Shown: one piece after another, positions 7,818 to 16,101 of the stretch
Layout of the letters: every line of letters starts with the position of its first letter
Position numbering within the stretch: position 1 is the first letter of the stretch
Assembly (NCBI GenBank): GCA_963836595.1
Contig: CAWIKC010000004.1
Coordinates: 757,536-789,535 of the forward strand
Direction: 5' to 3'
DNA from: Bryobacterales bacterium
Lineage (GTDB): Bacteria > Acidobacteriota > Terriglobia > Bryobacterales > Bryobacteraceae
DNA: 32,000 bases
The notes under the pieces: generated by a model
What the model was told of the DNA's origin: nothing
The model's database searches: none
What the model saw: the letters and a program-made list of their open reading frames with translations, nothing else
Made by a program: the position numbers and the translations under genes

Positions 7818-8613
7818 TGGCCGGTCATGAGCCCGCCGCACGAAGCGCCAGGCCGTGTGCGACGGAAGTGAACTCACTTCCCGGTGCGCGGGCGTGGACG
7901 TGAGCTTTTTGGCCAACACCAGTTGGTCATGAAACGATCAATGCAACCGCTCCTCACGGTCGCGGGCATACAGTAACGGGTCCTTAATTCGAAGCTGGCT
8001 TCGATCGCCGCAAGTTCTTCGGCAATCCAAGTTTCGAATTCGGCGCAGGAATACACATTGTCGAGCAGCTTCCGCTGCCAGGCCGCGCCAGACGGAAGTG
8101 AACTCACTTCCCGATGCGCGGGCGTGGACGTGAGCGTTTTGGCCAGCACCAGTTGGTCATGAAACGACCAATGCAACCGCTCCCTCAACGGTCGCGGCTC
8201 GGAAGGCGTCGCCGAGCCGCGACCGTCAGGGAGCGGGCATACAGTAACGGGTCCTTAATTCGAAGCTGGCTTCGATCGCCCCATTTCTTCGGCAATCCAG
8301 CTTTCGAATTCGAGGTCCGCTATAGTGGCTGGTCATGAACCCGCCGCGCGTAGCGCCAGGCCGCGTGCGACGGAAGTGAACTCACTTCCCGATGCGCGGG
8401 CGTGGACGTGAGCTTTTTGGCCAACACCAGTTGGTCATGAAACGATCAATGCAACCGCTCCCTCACGGTAGCGGCTCGGAAGGCGTGGCTGAGCCGCGAC
8501 CGTTGAGGGAGCGGTGGCGCACCGTCGCAGAGCCTGTTTGGTTCCGGCTTTGCCGGGTAGTAGCGGTCATACAGCAATGGCAAGGTTGTTTCATGACGGG
8601 CCCTGAGTGTCAT
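7785..8613. repeat. Segmental repeat block, three ~230-280-bp units, first two beginning with the last 29 nt of ribBA
   Basis: GGAATACACATTGTCGAGCAGCTTCCGCT occurs at 7785-7813 and again at 8048-8076. The core GACGGAAGTGAACTCACTTCCC..TGCGCGGGCGTGGACGTGAGC..TTGGTCATGAAACGA.CAATGCAACCGCTCC starts at 7861, 8091 and 8369. Copies differ by indels, including a ~60-nt GC-rich palindrome. Confidence 0.85.
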
Positions 8614-8614
8614 T

Positions 8615-8692
8615 GATAGTGAGCGGGGATAGTGAGCGGGGATAGTGAGCGGGGATAGTGAGCGGGGATGATGAGCGGGGATGATGAGCGGC
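8615..8692. repeat. 13-bp tandem repeat x6 (GATAGTGAGCGGG x4, GATGATGAGCGGG, GATGATGAGCGGC)
   Basis: Read directly from the sequence. Perfectly phased 13-nt units run from 8615 to 8692, ~200 bp upstream of the 8889 gene. Confidence 0.95.
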
Positions 8693-8888
8693 TTGCTCTG
8701 GCGGCCGCGTTAGCAGCGCCGTTGGGAAACTCAGTGCCAAGTACCAGTACAATTTGACCACATAATGTTGCTGCGAATTAGCCTGAACTGAGGCACTTGC
8801 CCGTATACTGGGTCTTCACCACTCAAAAAATCTAAACTCCCAGTGACCGAAACCGGGAGCGGACGAGCGGCCAAAGAGAGGCACTATT

Positions 8889-10226
8889 GTGACTAAGAAT
8901 CAGTCTGCGCGGCTGAGCACAGACGTAAGGAAGTTGGTTGGACTTCTGGCTTGCGCATGTTTCGGATTCGCGCCAATGGCATCCGCGAAAGGAACTGTCT
9001 ATGCGATGACCAACGCGTTGGGCAACAACCAGATCCAGGTTTACAACCGGACCAACGATGGGATGCTGACGTTAATCCAAACCATCGCCACCACCGGCGG
9101 CGGCAGCGGCACTCAACTGGACGCAACTGATTCACTCGGCTCCCAGGGGAGTCTGATGCTGGATCAGAACCACGAACACCTCTTTGCTGTGAACACCGAG
9201 ACCGTGGCCACGCACTCCGCTTCGGGTCCGGTGATCGGGGACTGCCAGGAGGGGTCGATTTCGTCTTTCACGGTGCGGCTCGATGGCACTCTTGCGTTGG
9301 TTAACAAAGTCCCCTCAGGGGGTTTATTTCCCAACAGCCTTACCATCAACCCGTACACCGGCCTGGTTTACGTGCTCAACGCAGGCGGCCCAGGAATCAA
9401 CCCCGTTTGCGGACTGTCGCCCAACATCACTGGCTTCACGGTCGGCCCATTCGGCAGGATTACGCAACTCGCCGGATCCACCAGTCTGATCAATCCAGGA
9501 ATGAGCCCGGGAAGCTTCTTGACTTGCGACCCAGGCGGCTCAACCTTCCCGACGTATGAGTTTCAGTGCGGTCTGAACCCTCCGGCGTTTCCGCGGTCTC
9601 CAGCCCAGATCGGGTTCGATCAAACCGGGCTAATGCTGGTGGTCACTGTCAAAGGAACGAATTCACTCTATATGTTCCCCGTTGGCCAAGATGGGCGACC
9701 CGGACCGCCGGCCATTACCAAGGCTCAGGGACCGAACCAACCCAGCTATTTCGGCTTTGCCTTCGACGCGGCAAATCATCTCATTGTCGCCGAGCCTTTC
9801 GGCGTAACCCCGACGATCCCGGCCTCGCCGTTCAGCGCGATGTCGTCGTTCACAATCATGCCAAATGGCGCCATGCTCCCCATCAGTTCGGACGTACCCA
9901 ATGGAGAAGGCACAAGCTGCTGGATCTTGCTGGCCGGGCCGTACGCGTATACGGCGAACAACGCAACCAGCAACATCTCGTTGTATAGAGTCGGCTCCGC
10001 CGGCAAGCTCAGCCTGCTGGACGCAGCCGCAGCCACCGTGAACCGCCCGAACGATATGGCATTCGCGCTGGAAATATTCAACTCCGCCAGATTTCTATAT
10101 GTGCTCGAAAGCGGCAGCGGCAGCGTAGGCGTTTTCCGAATTCTGGCCGACGGGAGTCTGACTTTCCTCGAATCGGTAAGTGGCCTGCCTGCCAGTGCGG
10201 GGGCGCAAGGACTCGCGGCTTACTGA
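8889..10226 (+). CDS. Secreted beta-propeller protein, lactonase-like (7-bladed propeller family)
   Basis: GTG start preceded by AGAGAGG. Signal peptide LVGLLACACFGFAPMASA. GTVYAMTNALGNNQIQVYNRTNDGMLT and repeated NS.../G..G.L blade-like segments resemble the PF10282-type lactonase propeller. Function not established. Confidence 0.7.
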   Translation: MTKNQSARLSTDVRKLVGLLACACFGFAPMASAKGTVYAMTNALGNNQIQVYNRTNDGMLTLIQTIATTGGGSGTQLDATDSLGSQGSLMLDQNHEHLFAVNTETVATHSASGPVIGDCQEGSISSFTVRLDGTLALVNKVPSGGLFPNSLTINPYTGLVYVLNAGGPGINPVCGLSPNITGFTVGPFGRITQLAGSTSLINPGMSPGSFLTCDPGGSTFPTYEFQCGLNPPAFPRSPAQIGFDQTGLMLVVTVKGTNSLYMFPVGQDGRPGPPAITKAQGPNQPSYFGFAFDAANHLIVAEPFGVTPTIPASPFSAMSSFTIMPNGAMLPISSDVPNGEGTSCWILLAGPYAYTANNATSNISLYRVGSAGKLSLLDAAAATVNRPNDMAFALEIFNSARFLYVLESGSGSVGVFRILADGSLTFLESVSGLPASAGAQGLAAY

Positions 10227-10347
10227 GCAGTCGCGAACCTCGCGGCTTTGGCTCGAACTGCGCGGCTCGGTTCGGAAGAGGGCGCGGGCCGGGAGTCCTG
10301 CTTAGCACAAGTGTTAGCCTGTGCTTCTGGAGGGCATCTGAGCGCCG

Positions 10348-11484
10348 CTATTGCTCGATGTTCTTCCCTTCCGAGAAGGTTTTTATCATCGCTTCCAGAT
10401 TCTTGCGATTGAGTTCGTCCGGCGCTTGCTTGGCCGCGATTTCGGCCTGCTCCCGCGCCTTTTGCAAATCGCCCTTATACGCATAGGTGCGCGCCAGTCC
10501 TACGTGCACCGGCCATGCATCGCCAAAACGCTGGGCATTGTACTGAAACACTTTGATCGCTTCTTCCGGCTTCTTCTCAGCCTGCAATTGCCGCCCATAG
10601 GTGTGGATTTCGACAGGCGTTGTCCCCGGCAGACGAAGCGCGGTTTGCATTATCTTCGCCGCTTCCTCCTCCCGGTTCAGCTTGGAGAGCACTAGCGCCT
10701 TGGTACTCAAGGTGGTGAAGTTCTCCTGGCCGACGAACTGCATGCCGACGGCGGCGTCCGCCCAAACCAGCGCCTGGTCTAAATGCGAGTTGGCCTGCAC
10801 GCAGAATTGAACCGCGTTGACGTACGCCTGGTAACTGAACCCGGTCATGCTGGTCAATTCCTGTTTCAAGTGCGAAACATAAATGTCATTGACGTTAGGA
10901 ACCTTCACCGTCCACGGCACGGCGAGATCTTCCCATTGCAGTTCGGCGGTGGCTTCTTCCGGCTTCCGAGAGCTGAATTCATAGGTCAGATACTCGCGAT
11001 AATCGTGCTTGTGAGGCTTAACATTGACTCGTAACGCATCGGCGCTTTCTTCGTAAAAGAAACTTCCCCAGGCGTTGGAGTCTTTGGAGAAAACAATCGT
11101 CCAGTCCTCCGGGCCCGGGATCATGAACAAACCGTACCGTCCCGCGGGCAGGTTCTTCCCCTCGATTTGCACATCGTTCGAAACCGAGAAGACCGTGTTC
11201 TCATTGGCGCCGGCCCGCCAGGGATCGGGCTTGCCGTTGCCGAAGCCGCCAAGCGTCGTCAACCCGTACGGCACCAACTTGCCCCAGATCTGGCCACGCC
11301 GGTCTTTACCGCCGGGGCCATGTACCGAAGGGCTGGAATATTCAATGTTGATCTGAACCGGTCCGACGTATTGGGTAACGGCGGCCTTTTGATTGTTACC
11401 GCTGGGAGGCAGCGTCAAACCCGTAAACTGGGCGAACACGGCCCCGGTGAAAACAAAGGGTAGAGAGACTTGAAGCAGTCGCAT
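10348..11484 (-). CDS. Secreted DUF2911 domain protein with C-terminal TPR repeats
   Basis: ATG 11484 gives the signal peptide MRLLQVSLPFVFTGAVFAQ. DUF2911 landmarks: SSPSVHG..GR..IWGKLVPYG, WRAGANENT, LPAGRYGLFMIP. The C-terminal half is TPR-like. The longer TTG-initiated ORF (11586) is rejected. Confidence 0.75.
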   Translation of the reverse strand: MRLLQVSLPFVFTGAVFAQFTGLTLPPSGNNQKAAVTQYVGPVQINIEYSSPSVHGPGGKDRRGQIWGKLVPYGLTTLGGFGNGKPDPWRAGANENTVFSVSNDVQIEGKNLPAGRYGLFMIPGPEDWTIVFSKDSNAWGSFFYEESADALRVNVKPHKHDYREYLTYEFSSRKPEEATAELQWEDLAVPWTVKVPNVNDIYVSHLKQELTSMTGFSYQAYVNAVQFCVQANSHLDQALVWADAAVGMQFVGQENFTTLSTKALVLSKLNREEEAAKIMQTALRLPGTTPVEIHTYGRQLQAEKKPEEAIKVFQYNAQRFGDAWPVHVGLARTYAYKGDLQKAREQAEIAAKQAPDELNRKNLEAMIKTFSEGKNIEQ

Positions 11485-11627
11485 GGTTTCTGAGTGACGA
11501 TTCAGCGCGTGGAAGGTGAGGAATATTCGTGCGGTTTGGCCCCGCACCGCGCTCCTCTGGCCCCTTTTCCTAAGTAGGCCAAACAAGATGAAAAGTGCTT
11601 CATTTGTAATCGGGTGCTGACTTTATG

Positions 11628-11633
11628 TATACT
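11628..11633 (+). promoter_or_regulatory. Candidate -10 box TATACT, 8 nt upstream of ATG 11642 (possible leaderless transcript)
   Basis: TTGTAA (11604-11609), an 18-nt spacer, then TATACT (11628-11633). No Shine-Dalgarno sequence is possible in the 8 nt before the ATG. Purely sequence-based. Confidence 0.3.
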
Positions 11634-11641
11634 GGCCGCAC

Positions 11642-11989
11642 ATGAAACTCTCACGCTTGTTGTTGTGCGCCGCGGCGCTGGTTGCCGCTCTGACCATGAC
11701 CCCGGATATGCGGGCGCAGGCTCCCGCCGCCGCCCCGGCTAAGGCTCCAAAAGCTGCCGCAAAAGCCCCGCCCACGGATGCCGAGATCGCCGATGCCAAG
11801 ACCAAGGATTTGGTGTGGGTCAACACGAACACCAAGAAGTACCACAAGTCCGATGCGGCTCTCTATGGCAAGACCAAGCATGGGCAGTTTATGACTGAGG
11901 CCGATGCCGAAAAGGCTGGTTACAAGGCCGCACAGGAAACCGGCGGTAAGAAAGCCAAGAAGGCTACCAAGGCGACCGCCACGCAGTAG
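11642..11989 (+). CDS. Small secreted Ala/Lys-rich protein
   Basis: 115 aa. Signal peptide MKLSRLLLCAAALVAALTMTPDMRAQA, an APAAAPAKAPKAAAKAP linker, and a conserved-looking C-terminal block WVNTNTKKYHKSDAALYGKTKHGQFMTEADAEKAGYKAA. I recall that block in other small bacterial proteins of unknown function. Confidence 0.65.
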   Translation: MKLSRLLLCAAALVAALTMTPDMRAQAPAAAPAKAPKAAAKAPPTDAEIADAKTKDLVWVNTNTKKYHKSDAALYGKTKHGQFMTEADAEKAGYKAAQETGGKKAKKATKATATQ

Positions 11990-12019
11990 TTTCGCCTGAG
12001 CAAACCCCGCCCATTCTGC

Positions 12020-12028
12020 TGTTACAAT
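12020..12028 (+). promoter_or_regulatory. Candidate extended -10 (TGTTACAAT), 9 nt upstream of ATG 12038
   Basis: TG-n-TACAAT at 12020-12028 with no good -35. If used, the ispH mRNA would be nearly leaderless from ATG 12038. Confidence 0.3.
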
Positions 12029-12037
12029 TAGAGACTG

Positions 12038-13036
12038 ATGCAAACGCCTGCTTTGGTCGCTAATGCCATGAGCACTAAGAAGATCATTCTCATTCGCCCG
12101 CGTGGGTTCTGTGCCGGGGTAGTGCGAGCGATTGATGTAGTCAAAATAGTACTGGACCTATACGGCGCTCCGGTCTATGTCCGCAAGGAAATTGTCCACA
12201 ATCGGCACGTTGTGGAACAATTGCGCCAGGCCGGTGCTGTGTTCGTCGAAGAACTATCCGAGGTACCGGAAGGCGCCCGAGTCATTTTCTCCGCGCACGG
12301 GGTTTCTCCCGAGGTTCGCCAAGAGGCAAAACTCCGCAATCTCCAGGTCATCGACGCCACTTGCCCGTTGGTGACGAAGGTTCATTTAGAAGCCACCCGT
12401 TTTGCTCGCGAAGGTTACACCATCGTTCTGATTGGACACTCCGGGCATGACGAGGTAATCGGAACCTTGGGTGAAGCGCCGGAATCCACGTTTCTGGTTT
12501 CGACCGTGGAAGATGCCGATCGGCTTGAGGTCAAAGACGCATCGCGAATGGCGTATCTGACGCAGACAACGCTGAGTCTGGATGAGACCAAAGACATTGT
12601 GCAGCGCCTCCGGGAGCGATTTCCCGCGATCCGCGGTCCCAAGACACAGGACATCTGTTATGCCACCGAAAACCGCCAGCTTGGCGTCAAAGCGGTGGCG
12701 CCTCTGTCCGACGTGCTCCTGGTAGTCGGTTCCCAGAACAGCTCTAATTCCCGCCGGCTGGTCGAGGTCTGCCAAATTGAAGGGGTTCCGGCGTATCTCC
12801 TGGATGACAGCAACGAGGTAAACCCGGAGTGGCTCGAGGGGAGAAGCACGGTCGCTGTGACGGCGGGCGCTTCGGCCCCTGAAAATCTGGTGCAGGAATT
12901 AATTTCACATCTGCAAGTCCGGTTTGGCTTCGGTCAGGTAGAAGAAATGGAATTAATCGAAGAAGACGTTCGCTTCCACCTTCCCTCCGATCTGGAGCGT
13001 TCGGCCATGAGGCTCACTACCATTGCGACAACCTAG
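12038..13036 (+). CDS. ispH: 4-hydroxy-3-methylbut-2-enyl diphosphate reductase
   Basis: Three [4Fe-4S] cysteine contexts (RGFCAGV, DATCPLV, DICYATENRQ) plus HNRHVV, GHSGHDEV and SSNSRRL. The alternative start ATG 12068 (MSTKKIILIRPRGFCAGV) fits the usual N-terminus better. Confidence 0.92.
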   Translation: MQTPALVANAMSTKKIILIRPRGFCAGVVRAIDVVKIVLDLYGAPVYVRKEIVHNRHVVEQLRQAGAVFVEELSEVPEGARVIFSAHGVSPEVRQEAKLRNLQVIDATCPLVTKVHLEATRFAREGYTIVLIGHSGHDEVIGTLGEAPESTFLVSTVEDADRLEVKDASRMAYLTQTTLSLDETKDIVQRLRERFPAIRGPKTQDICYATENRQLGVKAVAPLSDVLLVVGSQNSSNSRRLVEVCQIEGVPAYLLDDSNEVNPEWLEGRSTVAVTAGASAPENLVQELISHLQVRFGFGQVEEMELIEEDVRFHLPSDLERSAMRLTTIATT

Positions 13037-13048
13037 CCAAGCCCATGA

Positions 13049-13166
13049 GCACAGGCTAAAGCCTGTGCCACCTGGCATGATACAACCAATTCAACCGGAA
13101 GGCATTGCAAGGCTGTTTCGTGACGGGTACTTAGCCGCAGAAGGTGGCACAGGCTTTAGCCTGTGC
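13049..13166. repeat. Inverted pair of 24-nt palindromic REP units bracketing a 70-nt insert (MITE-like) in the ispH-shc spacer
   Basis: GCACAGGCTAAAGCCTGTGCCACC (13049-13072) and its exact reverse complement (13143-13166). Each unit is itself a 9-bp-stem hairpin. Confidence 0.85.
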
Positions 13167-13192
13167 AGTCCCCCCGCCAGCGAGGCGCAAGC

Positions 13193-15118
13193 ATGAGTGC
13201 CAGTTACCCGATCATGACATCGTTGAGCACGGCCGCGGCCATGGCTGCGGACCGGGCATCTCAGGCATTGTTGAAGATGCAGAGCCAAGCTGGCTTTTGG
13301 CAGGCTGAACTGACAGCGGACACCACCCTGGAGTCCGACTGGATCCTGCTCCAGCTCTGGCTGCATCCGCCGCAAAATGGCCTATGGAATCCTCCCAATC
13401 GGGAACTGGTGGACAAAGCAGTCCGTTCCATTGTGGCCCGTCAACTGCCCGACGGCGGATTCAACATATATCCCCAAGGCCCCGCTGAAGTCAACGCCAC
13501 GGTGAAGGCCTATTTCGCCCTGAAGCTGGCAGCCCTTCCCGAGACGGCGGAAGCTCTGGCTCGCGCTAAGGAACGCATACTCGCTCTGGGCGGCATTCAA
13601 GCGGCCAACAGTTACGTCAAGATCAACCTGAGCCTTTTCGATCTTTTCCCGCGCGAATACTGCCCCGCGATTCCGCCCGAAATCATGCTGCTGCCGGCCA
13701 ACTTCATCTACCAGATGTCATCCTGGACCCGGGCCATCGTCGTTTCGCTATCCATCGTCTATGCCCACCAGCCCCGGCGTCCGGTCCCGGCTGGGTTCGA
13801 TTTGCAGGAATTATTCCTGCCTGGTGTGACGCTTGGCTACCAGTTTGATAAAGCCGTTGTAACCTGGCGTAACTTCTACCTGGTTCTGGATCGCTGGGCC
13901 AAGTTGTGGGAACGGTTCGGATCGCAAGCCATCCGCCGGCATGCCATCAAGCTCGCGGAGAAGTGGGTTCTCGCGCGAACCGCCCATACCGACGGGCTCG
14001 CCGCGATTTACCCGCCCATGCAGTACGTCATTATGGCGCTGGATCTGCTGGGCTATGCTCCCGATCATCCGCAGCGCTTGGAAGCGCAGCGGGAATTCGA
14101 CGCGCTGATGGTCAACGATGCGGACCGCTTCTTCTTCCAGCCCTGTTTTTCCGTGGTGTGGGACACCGCGATCGCCGCCTACGCTTTGGGTGAATCGCCG
14201 CAACCGCCCCGGCAGGCTCTGCGCGAAGCCGCGGACTGGCTCTTGACCAAGGAAGTGCGCCACAAAGGGGACTGGTCCGTAAAGCGTCCCAAAACCCCGC
14301 CGTCAGGCTGGTATTTCGAATTTGCCAATGAGTTCTATCCCGACATCGACGACACCGGAATGGTGTTGCTGGCGCTCAGCAAGTCGAACGGATCGAACCC
14401 CGCCGAACAGCGAGCCTGTGTTCACCGCGCCATCGATTGGGTCCTTGCCATGCAATCGAAAGACGGCGGCTGGGCGGCTTTCGATGTAGACAACAATTGG
14501 AGTTCGCTGGCCGACGTTCCCTTTGCCGATCACAACGCCATGCTCGATCCCACTTGTCCCGATATCACCGGACGTGTGATGGAGGGCCTGATCGCCTGCG
14601 GCGTGGAGCGCTCCCATCCGGCCATCCGGCGAGCCGTCGCCTATCTCGTCCGCTCCCAGGAGCAGGACGGAAGCTGGTATGGGCGCTGGGGCGTCAATTA
14701 TGTCTATGGGACTTGTTTTGCCCTGCGTGGTCTGAAATCGGCTGGTATCGACGACCGGGAAGCCTATGTGCAGCGGGCGCTCGAGTGGGTGCGCGCCAAT
14801 CAGAACTTTGACGGTGGATGGGGCGAGAGTTGCGCCAGCTATGAGAAGAACCGGTTTGTGAGCGCCCCCAGCACTCCTTCTCAAACCGCGTGGGCGATTC
14901 TGGCCTTACTGGCCGGACAAGACACCACCAGTTCCAGTCTGCTGGATGGAATCGATTACCTGACGCGAACGCAGAAGCCGGATGGAACCTGGGACGAGGA
15001 ACTCGCCACCGGAACCGGCTTTCCGAAGGTTTTTTATCTCAGGTATCATCTTTACCGGAACTCGTTTCCTCTGCTGGCCTTGAATACATTTCAAAAGGCC
15101 GCGAGCCCGGAAGCCTGA
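13193..15118 (+). CDS. shc: Squalene-hopene cyclase
   Basis: Catalytic DxDD motif (YPDIDDTGMV), multiple QW repeats (QSKDGGW, QEQDGSWYGRWG, QNFDGGWGE, QKPDGTW) and C-terminal GTGFPKVFYLRYHLYR. ATG 13193 is preceded by GAGG. The GTG at 13163 lies inside the REP hairpin. Confidence 0.93.
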   Translation: MSASYPIMTSLSTAAAMAADRASQALLKMQSQAGFWQAELTADTTLESDWILLQLWLHPPQNGLWNPPNRELVDKAVRSIVARQLPDGGFNIYPQGPAEVNATVKAYFALKLAALPETAEALARAKERILALGGIQAANSYVKINLSLFDLFPREYCPAIPPEIMLLPANFIYQMSSWTRAIVVSLSIVYAHQPRRPVPAGFDLQELFLPGVTLGYQFDKAVVTWRNFYLVLDRWAKLWERFGSQAIRRHAIKLAEKWVLARTAHTDGLAAIYPPMQYVIMALDLLGYAPDHPQRLEAQREFDALMVNDADRFFFQPCFSVVWDTAIAAYALGESPQPPRQALREAADWLLTKEVRHKGDWSVKRPKTPPSGWYFEFANEFYPDIDDTGMVLLALSKSNGSNPAEQRACVHRAIDWVLAMQSKDGGWAAFDVDNNWSSLADVPFADHNAMLDPTCPDITGRVMEGLIACGVERSHPAIRRAVAYLVRSQEQDGSWYGRWGVNYVYGTCFALRGLKSAGIDDREAYVQRALEWVRANQNFDGGWGESCASYEKNRFVSAPSTPSQTAWAILALLAGQDTTSSSLLDGIDYLTRTQKPDGTWDEELATGTGFPKVFYLRYHLYRNSFPLLALNTFQKAASPEA

Positions 15119-15123
15119 GTCGC

Positions 15124-16101
15124 GTGAAGCCGACACTGGTAACCGGGGCAACCGGTTTTCTCGGCTGGCACGTGGCTCGCAAGTTGATCGAGCGCGGTCA
15201 CCGGGTCCGCGCCCTGGCCCGGCCAGGCAGCCGGGTGCGCGAGTTGGACGACGTTGAAGTCGTCGCCGGCGACCTGCGGGACGCCGAGTCGCTAGCGAGA
15301 GCCACCGCCGGTTGTGGACTCGTGTTTCATGTCGCGGCCGATTACCGCCTCTGGGTCAAGGATCCGGACGAGTTGTTCCGTTCGAACGTCGATGGGACTC
15401 GCAATATGCTGGAAGCCGCGCGCCAGGCCGGTGTGGAGCGGCTCGTCTACACCAGCACCGTCGGGTGCATTGGCATGCCCGGGGATCAACCGGGCAGCGA
15501 GGTCTTGCCGGTGGGTTTGGATGAAATGAGCGGACCTTACAAGCAGTCTAAGTTTCAAGCCGAGCAAGTGGCGATCGAGTTCGCTCAGCGCGGCTTCCCG
15601 GTAATTATCGTGAATCCTACCGCCCCCATTGGTGATCATGATTTTAAGCCCACGCCCACGGGCAAGATCGTGTTGGATTTTCTGAAAGGGGACTTGCCGG
15701 CTTTTGTGGACACCGGGCTCAATGTCGTCGACGCCGGCGACACCGCCGAAGGACATCTGTTGGCCTGCGAGCGCGGCAAGCCGGGCGAGCGCTACATTCT
15801 GGGTTGCGAGAATCTCACGTTGGAACAAATTCTCGTCCGTCTGGCTCTATTGAGTGGCAAGCCGGCGCCGCGCTGGCGCATCCCGTATCCGGTGGCCTAC
15901 CTGGCCAGCGTGGTTTCCACCGCGGTGGCGAACGTTACTGGCCACGAGCCGAGGGCGCCGCTCGATGCGGTGCGTATGGCTCGTAAGAAAATGTGGGTGT
16001 CGAGCGACAAGGCCCGTTCTGAGTTGGGGTTTGCGCCTGGTCCGGTAGACGAAGCACTGAAGCGCGCGGTCGCCTGGTTTCAGGCGAACGGCTATGTCTG
16101 A
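15124..16101 (+). CDS. hpnA: Hopanoid-associated NAD-dependent sugar epimerase/dehydratase-family protein
   Basis: GATGFLGWHV Rossmann motif, YKQSK (YxxxK), AADYRLW, KPTPTGK and PAFVDTGLNVVD match my memory of the HpnA family. GTG 15124 is 5 nt after the shc stop. The longer ORF from 14890 overlaps shc. Confidence 0.88.
   Translation: MKPTLVTGATGFLGWHVARKLIERGHRVRALARPGSRVRELDDVEVVAGDLRDAESLARATAGCGLVFHVAADYRLWVKDPDELFRSNVDGTRNMLEAARQAGVERLVYTSTVGCIGMPGDQPGSEVLPVGLDEMSGPYKQSKFQAEQVAIEFAQRGFPVIIVNPTAPIGDHDFKPTPTGKIVLDFLKGDLPAFVDTGLNVVDAGDTAEGHLLACERGKPGERYILGCENLTLEQILVRLALLSGKPAPRWRIPYPVAYLASVVSTAVANVTGHEPRAPLDAVRMARKKMWVSSDKARSELGFAPGPVDEALKRAVAWFQANGYV

Noticed and set aside
7874-8616. Small ORFs inside the repeat block: two 74-aa MRGRGRE.FGQHQLVMKR.. 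ORFs on plus and a 104-aa ORF on minus
   Set aside because: They are created by the repeated DNA itself and differ by indels that change length and frame between copies. They have no start-site signals or protein-like conservation pattern, so they are treated as non-coding repeats.
7785-8692. CRISPR array?
   Set aside because: The units are ~230-280 bp homologous segments or a spacerless 13-bp microsatellite. There is no repeat-spacer architecture and there are no cas genes.
11485-11586. Longer TTG-initiated start for the DUF2911/TPR gene
   Set aside because: It adds 34 basic residues before a textbook signal peptide that begins at ATG 11484.
14890-15123. Upstream extension of the hpnA ORF
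   Set aside because: It overlaps the 3' end of shc in another frame. The Rossmann motif begins right after GTG 15124.
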